A stretch of 63,653 bases of DNA, filler included, from Octopus bimaculoides (taxonomy: Eukaryota), in assembly GCF_001194135.2 (NCBI RefSeq). It is 8 parts of 8 records of this genome, joined end to end, with 100 filler letters (N's around TTAATTAATTAA, not from the genome) between each part and the next. Parts side by side here need not be neighbours in the genome. Positions count along the whole stretch, not along the records: positions 43,322 to 50,554 come from NC_068997.1; positions 50,655 to 56,504 come from NW_026384387.1; positions 56,605 to 60,513 come from NC_068985.1; positions 60,614 to 61,715 come from NW_026396363.1; 4 more parts are not named here. One strand, 5' to 3'. Both the position numbers and the translations under genes were made by a program. Below, piece after piece: positions 49,096 to 60,953 of the stretch. Each line of letters begins with the position of its first letter. Position 1 is the stretch's first letter. Under the pieces are notes generated by a model. That model saw nothing but the letters and a program-made list of their open reading frames with translations. It made no database searches and had not been told where the DNA came from.

Positions 49096-50269
49096 TGTGT
49101 TGACACATTCTTCAAAATTTATCGCCGCTCAGTATTGTAAAAACAACAAAACTCGTCTAACCGCCGTTTGTGTTCCTTACTCTTATAAATGAAAAAAAAT
49201 GTCTTCTAAGTCAAAACTACATCGATCTAGCTGAAGCAAATGAAGCAATATTGTGTTTTAGATGACAAGTCAACGTGATGAAATACCGTTAATACAGCAA
49301 ATTTCTTAAAAGGCAAGAATTTGGAGTGAAATGCTTGAATGCATGAAGGAATAACAAATGTTGGAAATTGGTGCATAATGCATGGTATAAATTCAGTTTA
49401 ACTACTTGCATTAAATTCTTATATTTATGCTGTTGGATTTCATTCGTCATCGGTTCTAATATTTGCTAGTACATATAAGGTGAAACATGGAGTTGAAACA
49501 GAAGTTTGTCTTTGGAGACTCAATCAGCCAATCGATAGTTGTGCTCGACAACATACAGATTTTGCAACAGCTCACATCTTACTGCTGATCTCATTACATA
49601 CTGTGTACCTGTTGATGTAGTGCGATTTGAACAAAAGTATAGAACCGACTTTGCACAAGGCTTTGAAGATTTAAACGTTTTATAGATTTATCCAACAGTT
49701 CGCTATCCAAGTGACTACATTGTCAAATGTATCTTGGTTTGAGACCGAAAGCTGTGACATTAGAGAAATCAATCTCAGTCTGATCAAGAATAATTAAGAT
49801 AGTGTTAACATTTTTAATGCGATAAACTTTAATAAGCTGATCAGTAATAATCATGTAACGGAGAACAAACGACAGTAACCAGTGATTAAAAACAATTAAT
49901 TAAACATTTGATTATTGTAACTTTAAAATGCGATGGTATTTAAAAATATCACATGGTATGGATCTAAACATTTCCACTTCAGTTCTCATCAACCATCTTT
50001 GGAATCTTCATAATTTCTGAAAGTTAACGTTTATAGCTTTTAATGAGAAATCTTTGAAGAAAGACGTTTTAAGTGCTTCCGCATGTAGGGGAGACAACTC
50101 ACGACATCAATTGACTTCATAAACTCCAAATAGGACCCCTTGGTACGAATATGATACTCCTGTCACTACTTCAACAAGTACAAAAATTGAGGTTTACCAA
50201 GTTATACTACAACTAATAATAATAATAATCATCGTCATTATCATCATTATCATCATCATTATTATTATT

Positions 50270-50523
50270 CAGTAGTTTTATTTTTATAACGTACTTTCAC
50301 TTCTCTACCGAGCGCAGCTCTGTGTGTCTTGGGTATGTGATGTGGTTTGCTGTGATGCTCTTATGTTTACTGTATTGAAAGTGTTCTGTGTAGGATGAAC
50401 AGGCACAATTCTCGTTTTAAGATGCCACATCTTTTGTATTTCAATTTCCAGGTCCTTATATTTACTTAGTTTGTCAAATTCCTTGACAAATGCATTTTTA
50501 TCAGTAGATACATTTACATCAAT

Positions 50524-50524
<1 letters not shown>
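50270..50524 (-). mobile_element. R4/Dong-like LINE 3' fragment with restriction-like endonuclease motif and an internal deletion
   Basis: IDVNVSTDKN..KEFDKLSKYKDLEIEIQKMWHLKTRIVPV joined directly to HILHRTLSIQ*; same 3' UTR as 55033-55131. Confidence 0.85.
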
Positions 50525-50554
<30 letters not shown>

Positions 50555-50654
50555 NNNNNNNNNNNNNNNNNNNNNNNNNNNNNNNNNNNNNNNNNNNNTT
50601 AATTAATTAANNNNNNNNNNNNNNNNNNNNNNNNNNNNNNNNNNNNNNNNNNNN

Positions 50655-50939
50655 GGATGGTGGGGTTGTTGGTTGTAGTGTTGGTGTTGTTGTTGGTGGT
50701 GGCGGTGGTGGTAGAGGTGTGGGTGGTATTGTTGTTGGTGGTGGCGATGGCAATGATGGTGACGGTGGTGGTGGTGGTGTTGATGGTGATAATGAAAATG
50801 ATTGTGTGATGGTGGTGGTAGTAGTGGTCTTAATGATGATTATTATGACGGTGATAGTGGTGATGCTGCTGACGATGCTGATCGTGTTGGAGGTCATGTT
50901 AACGACAATGACAGTGCTGATGGTGATGATGACGATATT

Positions 50940-50972
<33 letters not shown>

Positions 50973-51135
50973 AGTGGTAGTGATGGTCGTACTGATGACG
51001 ATGAGGATAATAAAGATGATGTGGGGTAGGTCTTGCGATGGTCATAATGATAACGACATCAACAACTGCAATGAAAATAATTCTAAAGATGGCAATGGTG
51101 TTAGTGATGATAGCCAAGATAGTAATGATAACAGA
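50655..51135. repeat. Degenerate (GAT/GGT/GTT)n trinucleotide tract
   Basis: Direct read. Confidence 0.85.
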
Positions 51136-51167
51136 CGAAAGGAGAATCAATGATTATAATAAATATC

Positions 51168-51604
51168 GTGGAAGCGCAATGACCCAGTGGTTAGGGCTGC
51201 GGACTTGCGCTCATAGGATCGCGGTTTCGAATCCCAGACCGGGCGTTGTGAGTGTTTATTGAGCGAAAACACCTAAAAGCTCCACGAGGCTCCGGCAGGG
51301 GGTGGTGGCGAACCCTGCTGTACTCTTCCACCACAACTTTCTCTCACTCTTACTTCCCGTTTCTGTTGTGCCTGTAATTCAAAGGATCTGCCTTGTCACA
51401 CTCTGTGGAGGCGCAATGGCCCAGTGGTTAGGGCAGCGGACTTGCGGCCATAGAATCGCGGTTTCGATTCCCAGACCGAACGTTGTGAGTGTTTATTGAG
51501 CGAAAACACCTAAAGCTCCACGAGGCTCCAGCAGGGGATGGTGGCGAACCCTGCTGTACTCTTTCACTGCAACTTTCTCTCACTCTTACTTCCTGTTTCT
51601 GTTG
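51168..51604 (+). mobile_element. Head-to-tail dimer of a tRNA-derived SINE (copies 51168-51404 and 51405 to the gap)
   Basis: A box tggcccagtggt and B-box-like gtttcgattccc in both copies; period 237 bp; several substitutions between copies. Confidence 0.85.
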
Positions 51605-51975
51605 NNNNNNNNNNNNNNNNNNNNNNNNNNNNNNNNNNNNNNNNNNNNNNNNNNNNNNNNNNNNNNNNNNNNNNNNNNNNNNNNNNNNNNNNNNNNNNNN
51701 NNNNNNNNNNNNNNNNNNNNNNNNNNNNNNNNNNNNNNNNNNNNNNNNNNNNNNNNNNNNNNNNNNNNNNNNNNNNNNNNNNNNNNNNNNNNNNNNNNNN
51801 NNNNNNNNNNNNNNNNNNNNNNNNNNNNNNNNNNNNNNNNNNNNNNNNNNNNNNNNNNNNNNNNNNNNNNNNNNNNNNNNNNNNNNNNNNNNNNNNNNNN
51901 NNNNNNNNNNNNNNNNNNNNNNNNNNNNNNNNNNNNNNNNNNNNNNNNNNNNNNNNNNNNNNNNNNNNNNNNNNN

Positions 51976-52212
51976 TGTCAAGCTATGTTGGGGGGACAAA
52001 CACAGACACGCAAACATATACGCACACATACATATATATACATATATACGACGGGCTTCTTTCAGTTTCCGTCTACCAAATCCACTCACAAGGCTTTGGT
52101 CGGCCCGAGGCTTTAGTAGAAGACACTTGCGCAAGGTGCCACGCAGTGGGACTGAACCCGGAACCATGTGGTTGGTAAGCAAGCTACTTACCACACAGCC
52201 ACTCCTACGCCT
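51976..52212 (-). mobile_element. SINE family A, CpG-rich (young) copy
   Basis: Reverse complement aggcgtaggagtggctgtgtggtaagtagcttgcttaccaaccacatggttccgggttcagtccc. Confidence 0.9.
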
Positions 52213-52233
52213 AATCATAATAATAATAATAAT

Positions 52234-52451
52234 ATTGGTTTTAAATTTTGGCACAAGGCCAGCAAGTTTGAGGTTGGAGGTAAATCGATTACATTAGCCC
52301 CAGTGTTCAATTGGTACTTCATTTATCAACTCTGAAAGGAAGATAGGCAAAGTTGACCTCGGCAGAATTTGAACTCAGAACATAAAGATTCTGAAGAAAT
52401 ACCACTGAGCATCTCATCTGATATGTTAAGGGTTCTGATCGCTTGCCACCT
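52234..52451 (-). mobile_element. SINE family C
   Basis: Reverse complement matches family C; (ATT)n tail. Confidence 0.8.
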
Positions 52452-52480
52452 TAAGAACAATGATGATGATAATAGTAATG

Positions 52481-52687
52481 AGGACTTCAAATTTTGGCTC
52501 AAGGCCAGTAAGTTTGAGGCAAGGGATAAGTCGAGTACATCACCCCGAGTATTCAACTGGTATTTAGTTTCACGATTCCGAAAGGCAAAGTCAATCTTGG
52601 GGGAATTTGAACACAAAATATAAAGATGGACGATAGGTTGCTAAGCACTTCACCTGGCATGCTAACGATTCTGTCAGCTCCCCACCT
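52481..52687 (-). mobile_element. SINE family C
   Basis: Reverse complement ggggagctgacagaatcgttagcatgccagg..; family C body. Confidence 0.8.
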
Positions 52688-52697
52688 TTATAATAAC

Positions 52698-52752
<55 letters not shown>

Positions 52753-52755
<3 letters not shown>

Positions 52756-53512
52756 GCCCTGATGCAGTACCAGGCAGTGGCTCTCGTGGCTTCTGATCTT
52801 AATTGATTGGAAGTGTTANNNNNNNNNNNNNNNNNNNNNNNNNNNNNNNNNNNNNNNNNNNNNNNNNNNNNNNNNNNNNNNNNNNNNNNNNNNNNNNNNN
52901 NNNNNNNNNNNNNNNNNNNNNNNNNNNNNNNNNNNNNNNNNNNNNNNNNNNNNNNNNNNNNNNNNNNNNNNNNNNNNNNNNNNNNNNNNNNNNNNNNNNN
53001 NNNNNNNNNNNNNNNNNNNNNNNNNNNNNNNNNNNNNNNNNNNNNNNNNNNNNNNNNNNNNNNNNNNNNNNNNNNNNNNNNNNNNNNNNNNNNNNNNNNN
53101 NNNNNNNNNNNNNNNNNNNNNNNNNNNNNNNNNNNNNNNNNNNNNNNNNNNNNNNNNNNNNNNNNNNNNNNNNNNNNNNNNNNNNNNNNNNNNNNNNNNN
53201 NNNNNNNNNNNNNNNNNNNNTGGATAATTCACCTTTGGAAACATAGGTATTTTGCTCAACATCCTTAAACAAACCTTATTCAGGGACCTTTTGAGCAGGA
53301 TGGGCTACTCGACATGAAGAAAATTTTAACTGGGCCCCACCTGCAAGGTCATGAGTTGTTTATCTTGATATGAGATCACCATGTCACGCACATATGGTTG
53401 TGATGCATGTGCCTGGTGTACCCTTATCAGACGGGTAGTCATGATGGGTATATTGGGCTTCGTATATTTGTACCCAGTGTCACTTTGATGGCATGCACTG
53501 CTCTCTCACTCA
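52753..53512. mobile_element. Unclassified non-coding interspersed repeat between (AAT)n tracts (gapped)
   Basis: aaatgccctgatgcagtaccaggc..ctgctctctcactc-aataat; sharp boundaries with the microsatellite on both sides. Confidence 0.45.
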
Positions 53513-53540
53513 ATAATGATGATGATGATAATAATAATAA

Positions 53541-53858
53541 TGGTTTAAAATTCTGGTACAAGATCAGCAAGTTCGAGGAAAGTGTTAAGCCGATTACATC
53601 GACCCCAGTGCTCGACTGGTATGTAATTTATTAACCCCTAAATGAATGAAAGGCAAAGTCAGCCTCAGTGGAATTTGAACTCTGATTGAAAAGATAGACA
53701 AAATGCCGCTAAGCATTCTACCAACTTGCTGCCTTAATAATAACAATAGTAACAATAATAATAATTCTCAGCAGAATTTGAACTCAGAACATAGCAACAG
53801 GTGAAATACCGCTAAGCATTTAGCCTGGCATGCTAACGATTGTGCCAGCTCAGTACCT
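53541..53858 (-). mobile_element. Two SINE family C copies (53541-53734; head fragment 53768-53858)
   Basis: Both contain gaatttgaactc..ccgctaagcatt. Confidence 0.75.
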
Positions 53859-54159
53859 TCATAGGTATGATAAGAAAGGGATGTCAAAAACTTCTAGATA
53901 ATATCCCAGGAGAACCATGTCTCAGAGAAATCTAAAAGATTGTGCTAACAAGTACTGCCTACATGCTTTGAAAATCCCTATCAATTTAAATGTCTGTGTT
54001 GCATTACATGGAGATATTTCGCTACTGCCCCTGTCACTTCCCCTCCCCAAGCTTTCGGTTATATTGTAACATCTCTTATCCTTAATTCACCCTAGGATGC
54101 TGAGTGTGGCTTGGAAAGTGATTGTAACAAACATGCAGGTTAAATGTAAATAATAATAG

Positions 54160-54233
<74 letters not shown>

Positions 54234-54236
<3 letters not shown>

Positions 54237-55128
54237 GCTATAAAACAAATGAAATCCAAACTAAAACTAGAACAGCAACGGACCATGATAAAACGATGAC
54301 AAGAAAAGCCCCTATATGGTAAATACTGGCCGAAACTAAATGCAAAAGAAATAGACAGAGAAAAATCCCAGCAATGGTTGAGAAGCTCAGTACTCAAAGC
54401 AGAGACTGAAGNNNNNNNNNNNNNNNNNNNNNNNNNNNNNNNNNNNNNNNNNNNNNNNNNNNNNNNNNNNNNNNNNNNNNNNNNNNNNNNNNNNNNNNNN
54501 NNNNNNNNNNNNNNNNNNNNNNNNNNNNNNNNNNNNNNNNNNNNNNNNNNNNNNNNNNNNNNNNNNNNNNNNNNNNNNNNNNNNNNNNNNNNNNNNNNNN
54601 NNNNNNNNNNNNNNNNNNNNNNNNNNNNNNNNNNNNNNNNNNNNNNNNNNNNNNNNNNNNNNNNNNNNNNNNNNNNNNNNNNNNNNNNNNNNNNNNNNNN
54701 NNNNNNNNNNNNNNNNNNNNNNNNNNNNNNNNNNNNNNNNNNNNNNNNNNNNNNNNNNNNNNNNNNNNNNNNNNNNNNNNNNNNNNNNNNNNNNNNNNNN
54801 NNNNNNNNNNNNNNNNNNNNNNNNNNNNNNNNNNNNNNNNNNNNNNNNNNNNNNNNNNNNNNNNNNNNNNNNNNNNNNNNNNNNNNNNNNNNNNNNNNNN
54901 NNNNNNNNNNNNNNNNNNNNNNNNNNGACAAATACATAACAAAAACACCAGGACTTACAAATATATATAACATACAGAAAATTGCACTACTGGGTACTGC
55001 ACACATTCTACACAAAACACTTTCAATACAGTAAACATAAGAGCATCACAGCAAACCACAGCACATACCCAAGACACACAGAGCTGCGCTCGGTAGTGAA
55101 GTGAAAGCACGTTATAAAAATAAAACTA

Positions 55129-55131
<3 letters not shown>
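54234..55131 (+). mobile_element. 5'-truncated R4/Dong-like LINE inserted in (TAA)n (gapped)
   Basis: KR*QEKPLYGKY..IDREKSQQWLRSSVLKAETE [gap] NIQKIALLGTAHILHKTLSIQ*, short 3' UTR and (AAT)n on both sides. Confidence 0.88.
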
Positions 55132-55195
<64 letters not shown>

Positions 55196-55204
55196 GTGAT
55201 AATG

Positions 55205-55387
55205 ATGGGTTCAAATTTTAAGGTAATTGGGTGAGCCATTATTATTAAACTTGTACTTTTTGTCATTGACCCCCGAAAGGATGAAAGGCAGAGTTGATCT
55301 TGGTGCAGTTTGAACTCAAAATATAAAGAGTCAGAAACAAAACCACAAAGAACTTTTTATTCCATTCTCTAACGATTCTACCAGCTC
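55205..55387 (-). mobile_element. SINE family C, decayed
   Basis: ccgaaaggatgaaaggcagagttga..tttgaactc..ctaacgattctaccagctc. Confidence 0.65.
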
Positions 55388-55433
55388 AATGGCAAAATTG
55401 AAGACAATGATGATGGTGATGATGATGATGGTG

Positions 55434-55488
<55 letters not shown>

Positions 55489-55767
55489 CGACGATGATTA
55501 TTATGATGGTGATGAGGATAATGTTAATGATGTTAACGATGATGGCAATCATGATGATGACAAATGACAGTTAGGTTGTTTGCTTTTTTTTCTTTCTTTT
55601 TTAGTCTGCTTTTAACCATCACAATCAACGATCATGCTGGAGCACCACCACCTCCACCAATGTCTATTTACTTTTTGTACCGTTTATATATGATATGTGT
55701 AGATATGTGTGTGCTTATGAGTGTGCATGTGCATATACACACGCATATATATTTCTAATACATTCAT

Positions 55768-55799
<32 letters not shown>

Positions 55800-55925
55800 G
55801 AATATATACATATACATACAAACATATATATATAAGCACACACATATATATGTATGTATACATATATCCACACACACACACGCATATATATATGTATATA
55901 TTTATATATATATATGTACGTGTGC

Positions 55926-56001
<76 letters not shown>

Positions 56002-56462
56002 GTATATGTCCATACATGTATACACGCACACACATACATTTATATATACATAAATATACATATATTTATATACATACACACATACAGATATATATATGTA
56101 TATATATTAGCTTGCAGGTCTATACTTTAGACTTATAAAACAGTTTACAATTTCCCTCACCACACCCTAACCTACCTTAGTACCACCACCATCACCACCA
56201 CCACCACCAACACAAGAAAAAAACAACACCATCACCAACAATAACAACAAAAATATTAAAAAAACACAGAACCAGAACACATAAAGAATCTAATCAAACT
56301 TGACAGAAAAGCGTCTAATTACCTTTCATTGCTAATTGCCACAGACGTTAAATTTTAATTAGTAAATAATGATACATATTTCCCATGATGCACTTTTGTT
56401 AGTATATGAAAAGAAATATGTTTAAACACAAGAAAAATTTGTTTTCTATTTGGTTATATTTA

Positions 56463-56504
<42 letters not shown>

Positions 56505-56621
56505 NNNNNNNNNNNNNNNNNNNNNNNNNNNNNNNNNNNNNNNNNNNNTTAATTAATTAANNNNNNNNNNNNNNNNNNNNNNNNNNNNNNNNNNNNNNNN
56601 NNNNTATATATATATTCTTTT

Positions 56622-56885
56622 GTGAAGGCACATGGCTCAGTGGTTAGAGCATCGAACTTAAATACCATGAAGTTGTGAGTTCAAATCCCAGACTGGGCTA
56701 TGTGTTGTATTCTTGAGCAAGACACTTTATTTCACATTGCTCCAGTTTACTCAGCTGTAGAAATGAGTTGCGATATCACTGGTGCCAGGCTGTATCAGCC
56801 TTTGCCTTTCTCTTGGATAACATTGGTGGTGTGGAGAGGGGAGGTCACAGCATGGTCACAGTCAAATGACTGAAACAAATAAATG
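56622..56885 (+). mobile_element. Chimeric SINE: family B head and body with a family A tail
   Basis: gtgaaggcacatggctcagtggttagagc..ggagaggggagg joined to cagcatggtcacagtcaaatgactgaaac. Confidence 0.75.
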
Positions 56886-57254
56886 ATAAAAAAAAAATTA
56901 AGATAAAAGATACATTAGACATAAGAGCTAATGAGTGATTTCTTTGATCCCATGATTCTTTTGATAAATGAAGTGATGTCAAAAAGTTCCTGGACATTTC
57001 AAATTATCCACAGATTATGTCCTATCATTTTAATTCACTACATATAGGTCTCAGTGTATGAATTAAGGTTAAATATTTATTTAAAAACTGAAAAAATAAA
57101 AAGAGGTGACAATGACTTTGAGGTAATTTTTTTGACTACCCCAATCCTCCACATACACTATATGTCATGTTATAATTATAATGACCTCATTATATACATT
57201 GCGCAGGTGCTCTACAACTCATCATCACCACCACCATCATCATCATCAATATTT

Positions 57255-57601
57255 TTGCTGAGTGTCAGCGTCGCCTTCCTGGCACTTGTGCCGGTGGCAC
57301 GTGAAAAGTCATTCAAGTGAGATCGTTGCCAGTGCCGCTGGACTGGCTCCTGTGCAGGTGGCATGTAAAATACACCCCTTTGAACGTGGCCGTTGCCAGT
57401 ACTGCCTGACTGGCCGTTGTGCCGGTGGCACGTAAAAGCACCCACTACACTCTCAGAGTGGTTGGCATTAGGAAGGGCATCCAGCTGTAGAAACATTGCC
57501 AAATCAGATTGGAGCCTGGTGTGGCCATCTGGTTCACCAGTCCTCAGTCAAATCGTCCAACCCATGCTAGCATAGAAAGCGGACGTTAAGCGATGATGAT
57601 G
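57255..57601 (+). mobile_element. Family D retroposon 3' part with (GAT)n tail
   Basis: cacccactacactctc.gagtggttggc..aggaagggcatccagctgtag..tccaacccatgctagcat..cggacgttaa..gatgatg; same as 60681-60953 and 63483-63653 (minus). Confidence 0.8.
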
Positions 57602-58221
57602 NNNNNNNNNNNNNNNNNNNNNNNNNNNNNNNNNNNNNNNNNNNNNNNNNNNNNNNNNNNNNNNNNNNNNNNNNNNNNNNNNNNNNNNNNNNNNNNNNNN
57701 NNNNNNNNNNNNNNNNNNNNNNNNNNNNNNNNNNNNNNNNNNNNNNNNNNNNNNNNNNNNNNNNNNNNNNNNNNNNNNNNNNNNNNNNNNNNNNNNNNNN
57801 NNNNNNNNNNNNNNNNNNNNNNNNNNNNNNNNNNNNNNNNNNNNNNNNNNNNNNNNNNNNNNNNNNNNNNNNNNNNNNNNNNNNNNNNNNNNNNNNNNNN
57901 NNNNNNNNNNNNNNNNNNNNNNNNNNNNNNNNNNNNNNNNNNNNNNNNNNNNNNNNNNNNNNNNNNNNNNNNNNNNNNNNNNNNNNNNNNNNNNNNNNNN
58001 NNNNNNNNNNNNNNNNNNNNNNNNNNNNNNNNNNNNNNNNNNNNNNNNNNNNNNNNNNNNNNNNNNNNNNNNNNNNNNNNNNNNNNNNNNNNNNNNNNNN
58101 NNNNNNNNNNNNNNNNNNNNNNNNNNNNNNNNNNNNNNNNNNNNNNNNNNNNNNNNNNNNNNNNNNNNNNNNNNNNNNNNNNNNNNNNNNNNNNNNNNNN
58201 NNNNNNNNNNNNNNNNNNNNN

Positions 58222-58287
<66 letters not shown>

Positions 58288-58367
58288 GGGGGAGAGGCGT
58301 ATACATTTACAACATATATATAGTGTATGCAATCCTCTATCTATCAATATATATATACACACACACA

Positions 58368-58401
<34 letters not shown>

Positions 58402-59642
58402 ATATAATCCTGTATATATGCATATCTATAATCCCGTCACATCACCTTGCCATTCACTGGGATTATGATTGGAGAAGAAGTGGTTATTGATTTACCAGTG
58501 ATAATTGGTTACGACATGTCATAATTGTTGCAAGTGGCAAGATATGCTTTAACTGCTTTTTGTCTTGTTACACTTAACTTTGACAGCTTTCATATGTTAT
58601 TTCAAAATGAATATTCTATTCCATAGGTAGGTAGTTGGGGGTTGAGTGAGTAAGAAGGGCAATGAGGGTACCAGAGAAAGAAGAAGAGTGAAAGAGAGAG
58701 AGGGAGACAAAGAGAGTGTGGCAGAAAGGTTGATGGGAGTAAAGGTGGGAGTGAAAAATAACTTTATATTGATATTTTGTAAAAAGGAACATGGATCATA
58801 GATAGGAAATAGGCTGGGGGTATGGAGAGAAGAATGAGATAACAAAAGAGTGACAAAGTGAGAGGTGAAGATAGAGTAGAACAAGTGAGGGAAAGTAAGA
58901 AAGATAGTTTTCTAGTGGTATTTTGAATTGGGGAACCTGGTCTGTTGATAGATAGATGAACTAGGAGAGGGGAAATGAATAAGAGAGAGAGAGAGAGGGT
59001 GAGAGAAGTTTCTTATATTGTGAAATGAAGAACCTGATCATAAATGAGTAAGAGATAGGGCATTAATGGGTGTGAGAGTGTTGGGAAGAGAAAGAAAGAG
59101 GGCGAGAGAGAGAGAGAGAGAGATGGTGATGGAGGCTGAGAGGAGATTGAGAAAAGATGCTAGTTAGAGTAGTGTGAGGAAGGGGTATTGGAGTGGTATC
59201 TTGACAAGGAGGAGGAAACAACTGAGAGATGTAACAGGGTTTGATATGGTTTGTCTGGTGGAAAATGAGGGAAAGTTGTGGTGGTGGTCGTCATCGTTTT
59301 TGTCATTGCTGTCATGGTGGAGGGTAAGGCTTTTAAGAATAAAGGTGAACTGGAAACAGGGTATTTTGAATATGAAATGGAGCATGTATTATAAATGTTT
59401 CTATGTGTGTACGTACAATTAGCATAGTGGTGAGTTGATGTTGATGTTGTGATAAATATATGTGCATTTGTATGTATATGCATAATAGGGTGTATCAAAA
59501 AGCCATCCACGGAAGCAAAGTTGCTTAACTGATGAAGTATCAGACTATTATATGAGTGATTCACATCATATGACTGGTATACTAGTTGTTGGTTTTATGA
59601 CATAAGATAGGTTACTGAATTCAAATCCTATCACATAATAGC

Positions 59643-59930
59643 AGGTCACTGATTTCATACCACACTGTCTTAGGTCATTGAGCTCAAATTATATGATACA
59701 ATGTTGAGTTCATATGATGTAGGTCACTGAGTACAGATCATAATCATATGATAGGTCATTGTGTTCATGTTATATTGTATGGTAGGTCATTGAGTTCATA
59801 TTATATCATATGATAGGTCATCAAGTCCATATTATATCGTTGAATTTGCATCAATAAAGATCACTGAGTTCATAAAATACCATATGGTAGGTCATTGGGT
59901 GCATATAACACCATACTATTAGAGGTCATT
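59643..59930. repeat. Degenerate minisatellite of about 31 bp with 8 exact AGGTCA hexamers
   Basis: AGGTCA at 59643, 59672, 59721, 59753, 59784, 59815, 59889 and 59923. Confidence 0.8.
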
Positions 59931-60134
59931 GCACACATATGTTACATCAGAGTCTAAGGTGATAAAAGCTGTGATGAGGTGTCAAAATGGCTCTTCAAAG
60001 TAGGTGGGTGAGGGTGGGGCAGGGGTGCCAGGGAGTGAGTGTATGAAATGGGGAATGTCACTGATACTCAGAGTATGAGATATAACATTAGCAATTGTCT
60101 TGAACAGCAACGCACATATACATACACTTGAACA

Positions 60135-60194
<60 letters not shown>

Positions 60195-60220
60195 TTAACA
60201 GCCAGACTCCATACTGGCAT

Positions 60221-60438
60221 AAAGGCGGTGAGCTGGCTGAAACGTTAGCACACTGGGTGAAATGCTTCGCAGTATTTTGTCTGCCTTTACGTTCTGAGTT
60301 CAAATTCCACCAAGGTCGACTTTGCCTTTCATGATTTTGGAGTCGATAAATGACATACCAGTTGCATACTGGGGTCGATCTAATCGACTGCACCCCCTTC
60401 CCCAAAATTTTGGGCCCTGTGCCTAGAGTAGAAAAGAT
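60221..60438 (+). mobile_element. Full-length SINE family C with 13-bp TSD
   Basis: TCCATACTGGCAT at 60208-60220 and 60439-60451. Confidence 0.9.
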
Positions 60439-60474
60439 TCCATACTGGCATGTTGTATATGTATATACACACAC

Positions 60475-60513
<39 letters not shown>

Positions 60514-60680
60514 NNNNNNNNNNNNNNNNNNNNNNNNNNNNNNNNNNNNNNNNNNNNTTAATTAATTAANNNNNNNNNNNNNNNNNNNNNNNNNNNNNNN
60601 NNNNNNNNNNNNNTCTATACACATATATATACATATATATACATACATATATCTATACACATATATATACATATATATAC

Positions 60681-60953
60681 GAGCGAGATCGTTGCCAGTG
60701 CCCCTGGACTGGCTTGTGCGGGTGGCACATAAAAGACACCATTTCGAGCGTGGCCGTTTTCGTGCGGGTGACACGTAAAAGCACCCACTACACTCTCTGA
60801 GTGGTTGGCGTTAGGAAGGGCATCCAGCTGTAGAAGCTCTGCCAAATCAGACTGGAGCCTGGTGTTGCCATCCGGTTTCACCAGTCCTCAGTCAAATCGT
60901 CCAACCCATGCTAGCATGGAGAGCGGACGTTAAACGATGATGATGATGATGAT
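60681..60953 (+). mobile_element. Family D retroposon 3' part with (GAT)n tail
   Basis: Same sequence as 57255-57601. Confidence 0.8.

Noticed and set aside
49190-49780. Possible Tigger/pogo transposase relic
   Set aside because: Only faint resemblance (LDDKVNVMKY-like, PVD..FEQKYR) with many stops; cannot be supported without tBLASTn.
51168-51245. tRNA genes
   Set aside because: All tRNA-like A/B-box sequences continue into SINE bodies and lack a full cloverleaf and Pol III terminator.
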